Shown here one piece after another: positions 61,931 through 64,000 of a stretch of 64,000 nt of DNA. Position 1 is the stretch's first letter; every line of letters begins with the position of its first letter. Origin of the DNA: Ostreococcus lucimarinus (Eukaryota); assembly GCA_000092065.1 (NCBI GenBank), contig CP000587.1; one strand, 5' to 3'. A model generated the notes under the pieces. The model saw only the letters and a list, made by a program, of their open reading frames with translations. It was not told the origin of the DNA and did not search any database. Both the position numbers and the translations under genes were made by a program.

Positions 61931-64000
61931 ATGCGCGCCGACGGCACCGCCGGCGACGGCGCGGTCGTCCTCGCGCGGCGCGACGTCCGCGCGCCCCACG
62001 TCGGCGACGACGACGACGACGGCGCGCGCATCGACGTCGCGTTCGCGACGCGCGACGACGCGGCGGACGGCGACGACGACGGCGCGACGACGCGAACGTC
62101 GCGCGGCGTCGTCGTGAGCTACGCGACGAGCGCGCGCGCGTGCGCGTCGACGCGCGCGGACGCGCGCGGGAGGTTCGAAGCGCGCGCGCTGCGCGTGGAG
62201 GGCGCGACGGGCGAACGCGCGGCGTGGGCGAGCGGGACGCGCGCGACGGGGACGCGGCGACTCGCGGCGGCGTTCGGACGAGAGGCGCGCGTCGCGACGG
62301 ACGACGACGAGGAGGCGGTGGTGTTCGAGGCGAACGTGCTCGCGATGTGCTTCACGCGAGAAGGGGCGATGGCGTGCGCGATGGACGACGGACGCGTGGC
62401 GACGCGAAGCGCGAGCGGCGGCGACGCGGGGACGCGGCGCGCGCGCGAAGGCGAGGCGAAGCGCGCGATCGTGAGCGCGGAGGACGGTGAGGACGGCGCG
62501 TGCGGGGCGGTGGCGGTGTGCTTCGACGGCGAGAGCGTGGTGTACGTCGCGCGGGCGGCGGTGGACGAAGCGGTGGACGCGCTGAGACATCCGGCGCGAG
62601 CGCGCGCGACGAGCTGGCGCGGCGGGACGTTGGCGACGCTGTGCGCGGACGGCGCGCTCAGGCTTTGGATGCGCGCGAACGGGCGGACGGAGTTGACGTG
62701 CACGATTCAAACGCCCAGGGGTGGGCTGGTTCCGGTCGTCGCGTTCGATTGGTTGGAGACGAGCGAGACGAGCGATAGTTTGTACGATCACGCCATCATC
62801 GGCGCCGACGGCGCGAGCGGGATTCACGTGTGGACGCTCTCCGACGTGGACGCCGCGCATCCGCTCAGCGCGCGTCGACCGGTGGTTTCCCATCGTGGAT
62901 CGATGACGTTTGAACGCGCGATGGATTTGACGCTGGCGGATGGAGTGGTGATTCGAGGCAGTTTGACGCAAAGCGACGACGACGTTCGCGTGCTCTTGGC
63001 GTCGAGGAGACTGGGCGTCGTCGTCGCGCGCGCGGCGCGAGATCGCCCGAACGTTTTAGAGAAGTTGTACGGCGTGTCTCTCCGTGGACACGCGACCACG
63101 ATCGTGGACGCGCGCGTGCACCCGACGACGGGCGTGCTCACGACGAAGGACGCGTCCGGAGTGTGTCGAGCGTGGAGACGCGACGCGCGCGGCGAAGTCG
63201 AAATCGCCGACGAAACGACGGACGCCGACGCGGCTGAGGCGATCGAATGCGCGCGAATGGAAAGATGTGGATCCGGCGCATCGGTCGCGGCGCGCGCTCA
63301 CGTCGGAGGTCGCGACGTGGAAGCGTCGAGCGATGGAAAGAGGTTTGCGTTCGTGGATGACGAAGGACGGCGCGTCGTCGGCGCCGTCGCCGGCGATTCG
63401 AAAGTCATCTTGGAACGCGTCGACGCGACTGCGTCAGTTCCGCGAGCTTCAGCCATATTTCGTTGGTTCGACATCGGGGGCGGTGCACACGCGCTCGCGA
63501 CCGCGATGGGGACGGTTTTAGAGGTATACGCGCCGTCACCATCGCTCTACGCGTCCAAGAAGACTCCGTGGCGGCGAATATTGCGCGTCGACGTCGCCGA
63601 ATTCGCCGGGCCGACGCAGAGCGCGATTTCGACTTTGACCTGGAGTCTTCTCGGAGATGTCGTGTACGTCGCCATCGATTGCGTGATACTCACCGTTGGT
63701 TTTGAGGGCGACGACTCGAAGTGTGGCGTCGCGCGGCGCGCCATTAGAGAATCGAAGAATCTACCCTCGTATCATCCGCGCGTGCTCATCGACTGGCTCA
63801 AGCGCGGGGAGCTGGATCGAGCGCGAAAGTCTCTGCGCGCGGTGATGAAGTACCTCGCCGCGAATGATTTTGACTCGCCGTGTCCATCGATTCCCCCGAG
63901 TGAGTTATGGGTCATGGATGACGACGTCGAAGACGTCACGGTGGCGTCGCCGGCACCGACGGCATCGACGGTGGACGTGCCCGAATTCGACATGTCTGCG
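61931..64000 (+). CDS. Open-ended CDS with no stop before the window end. A large protein (at least 690 aa), possibly with a beta-propeller/WD-like region. Absent from the supplied ORF track.
   Basis: A continuous frame runs from the ATG at 61931 ([14 protein letters not shown]...) to position 64000 with no stop. Composition becomes coding-like from about 62340 (...[36 protein letters not shown]...[11 protein letters not shown]...). I cannot assign an identity. The start is uncertain. Confidence 0.5.
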   Translation, partial: MRADGTAGDGAVVLARRDVRAPHVGDDDDDGARIDVAFATRDDAADGDDDGATTRTSRGVVVSYATSARACASTRADARGRFEARALRVEGATGERAAWASGTRATGTRRLAAAFGREARVATDDDEEAVVFEANVLAMCFTREGAMACAMDDGRVATRSASGGDAGTRRAREGEAKRAIVSAEDGEDGACGAVAVCFDGESVVYVARAAVDEAVDALRHPARARATSWRGGTLATLCADGALRLWMRANGRTELTCTIQTPRGGLVPVVAFDWLETSETSDSLYDHAIIGADGASGIHVWTLSDVDAAHPLSARRPVVSHRGSMTFERAMDLTLADGVVIRGSLTQSDDDVRVLLASRRLGVVVARAARDRPNVLEKLYGVSLRGHATTIVDARVHPTTGVLTTKDASGVCRAWRRDARGEVEIADETTDADAAEAIECARMERCGSGASVAARAHVGGRDVEASSDGKRFAFVDDEGRRVVGAVAGDSKVILERVDATASVPRASAIFRWFDIGGGAHALATAMGTVLEVYAPSPSLYASKKTPWRRILRVDVAEFAGPTQSAISTLTWSLLGDVVYVAIDCVILTVGFEGDDSKCGVARRAIRESKNLPSYHPRVLIDWLKRGELDRARKSLRAVMKYLAANDFDSPCPSIPPSELWVMDDDVEDVTVASPAPTASTVDVPEFDMSA

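Noticed and set aside
1-64000. Prokaryotic interpretation: operons, defence islands, CRISPR, or mobile elements
   Set aside because: Gene content is eukaryotic throughout. It includes spliceosomal introns, Pol II and exosome subunits, PP2A, a V-ATPase, an N-myristoylated kinase, UBL domains, and a Pol III tRNA with a T-run terminator. No CRISPR-like repeat-spacer array, transposase, integrase, or terminal inverted repeats were seen.

Overview
This window reads as a gene-dense eukaryotic nuclear fragment, not a prokaryotic one. GC content is about 65% with a strong GC3 codon bias. It holds about 37 protein-coding genes in 64 kb. Intergenic spacers between neighbouring genes are often under 200 bp, and AT-rich patches occur only at gene ends. 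Most genes are single-exon. I infer seven short spliceosomal introns of 96-203 nt that share a GTGCG[C/T]G donor, a GACTGAC branch motif 25-38 nt upstream of the YAG acceptor, and in-frame joins. The gene content includes a RuBisCO-like protein, fibrillin, a plastid-type alpha-amylase, a thioredoxin-like WCRKC protein, and several genes with transit-peptide-like N-termini. This points to a photosynthetic picoeukaryote of the Mamiellophyceae type (Micromonas or Ostreococcus-like). That assignment is inference only.

Genes I can identify:
- GCN1
- a DnaJ/TPR protein
- a COG0523 GTPase
- a TMEM135-like protein fused to an ACBP domain
- an Amt ammonium transporter
- the exosome subunit CSL4
- a small ACBP
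- a PP2C phosphatase
- a type-II PI4-kinase with UBL domains
- a form-IV RuBisCO-like protein carrying an N-terminal 6x repeat
- a DUF3593/DUF2499 membrane protein
- an EFG1-like protein
- tRNA-Gly(CCC)
- a PCIF1-like methyltransferase
- a 1781-aa coiled-coil protein with a 3x102-bp tandem duplication
- an A1 aspartic protease
- alanyl-tRNA synthetase
- the PP2A scaffold (A) subunit
- RPB11
- an N-myristoylated Ser/Thr kinase
- an alpha-amylase with a PG-binding-like domain plus coiled coil
- a fibrillin
- a UBL protein
- the V-ATPase proteolipid c subunit
- an open-ended ORF running off the right edge that the ORF track omits

Many of the ORF-track M starts are GTG or TTG. The long antisense ORFs are GC-driven artefacts. 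I found no CRISPR, rRNA, or clear mobile element. The most interesting items are the RuBisCO-like protein with its novel N-terminal repeat array, the TMEM135-ACBP fusion, the amylase architecture, the coherent intron grammar, and several tandem or palindromic elements in divergent promoters.
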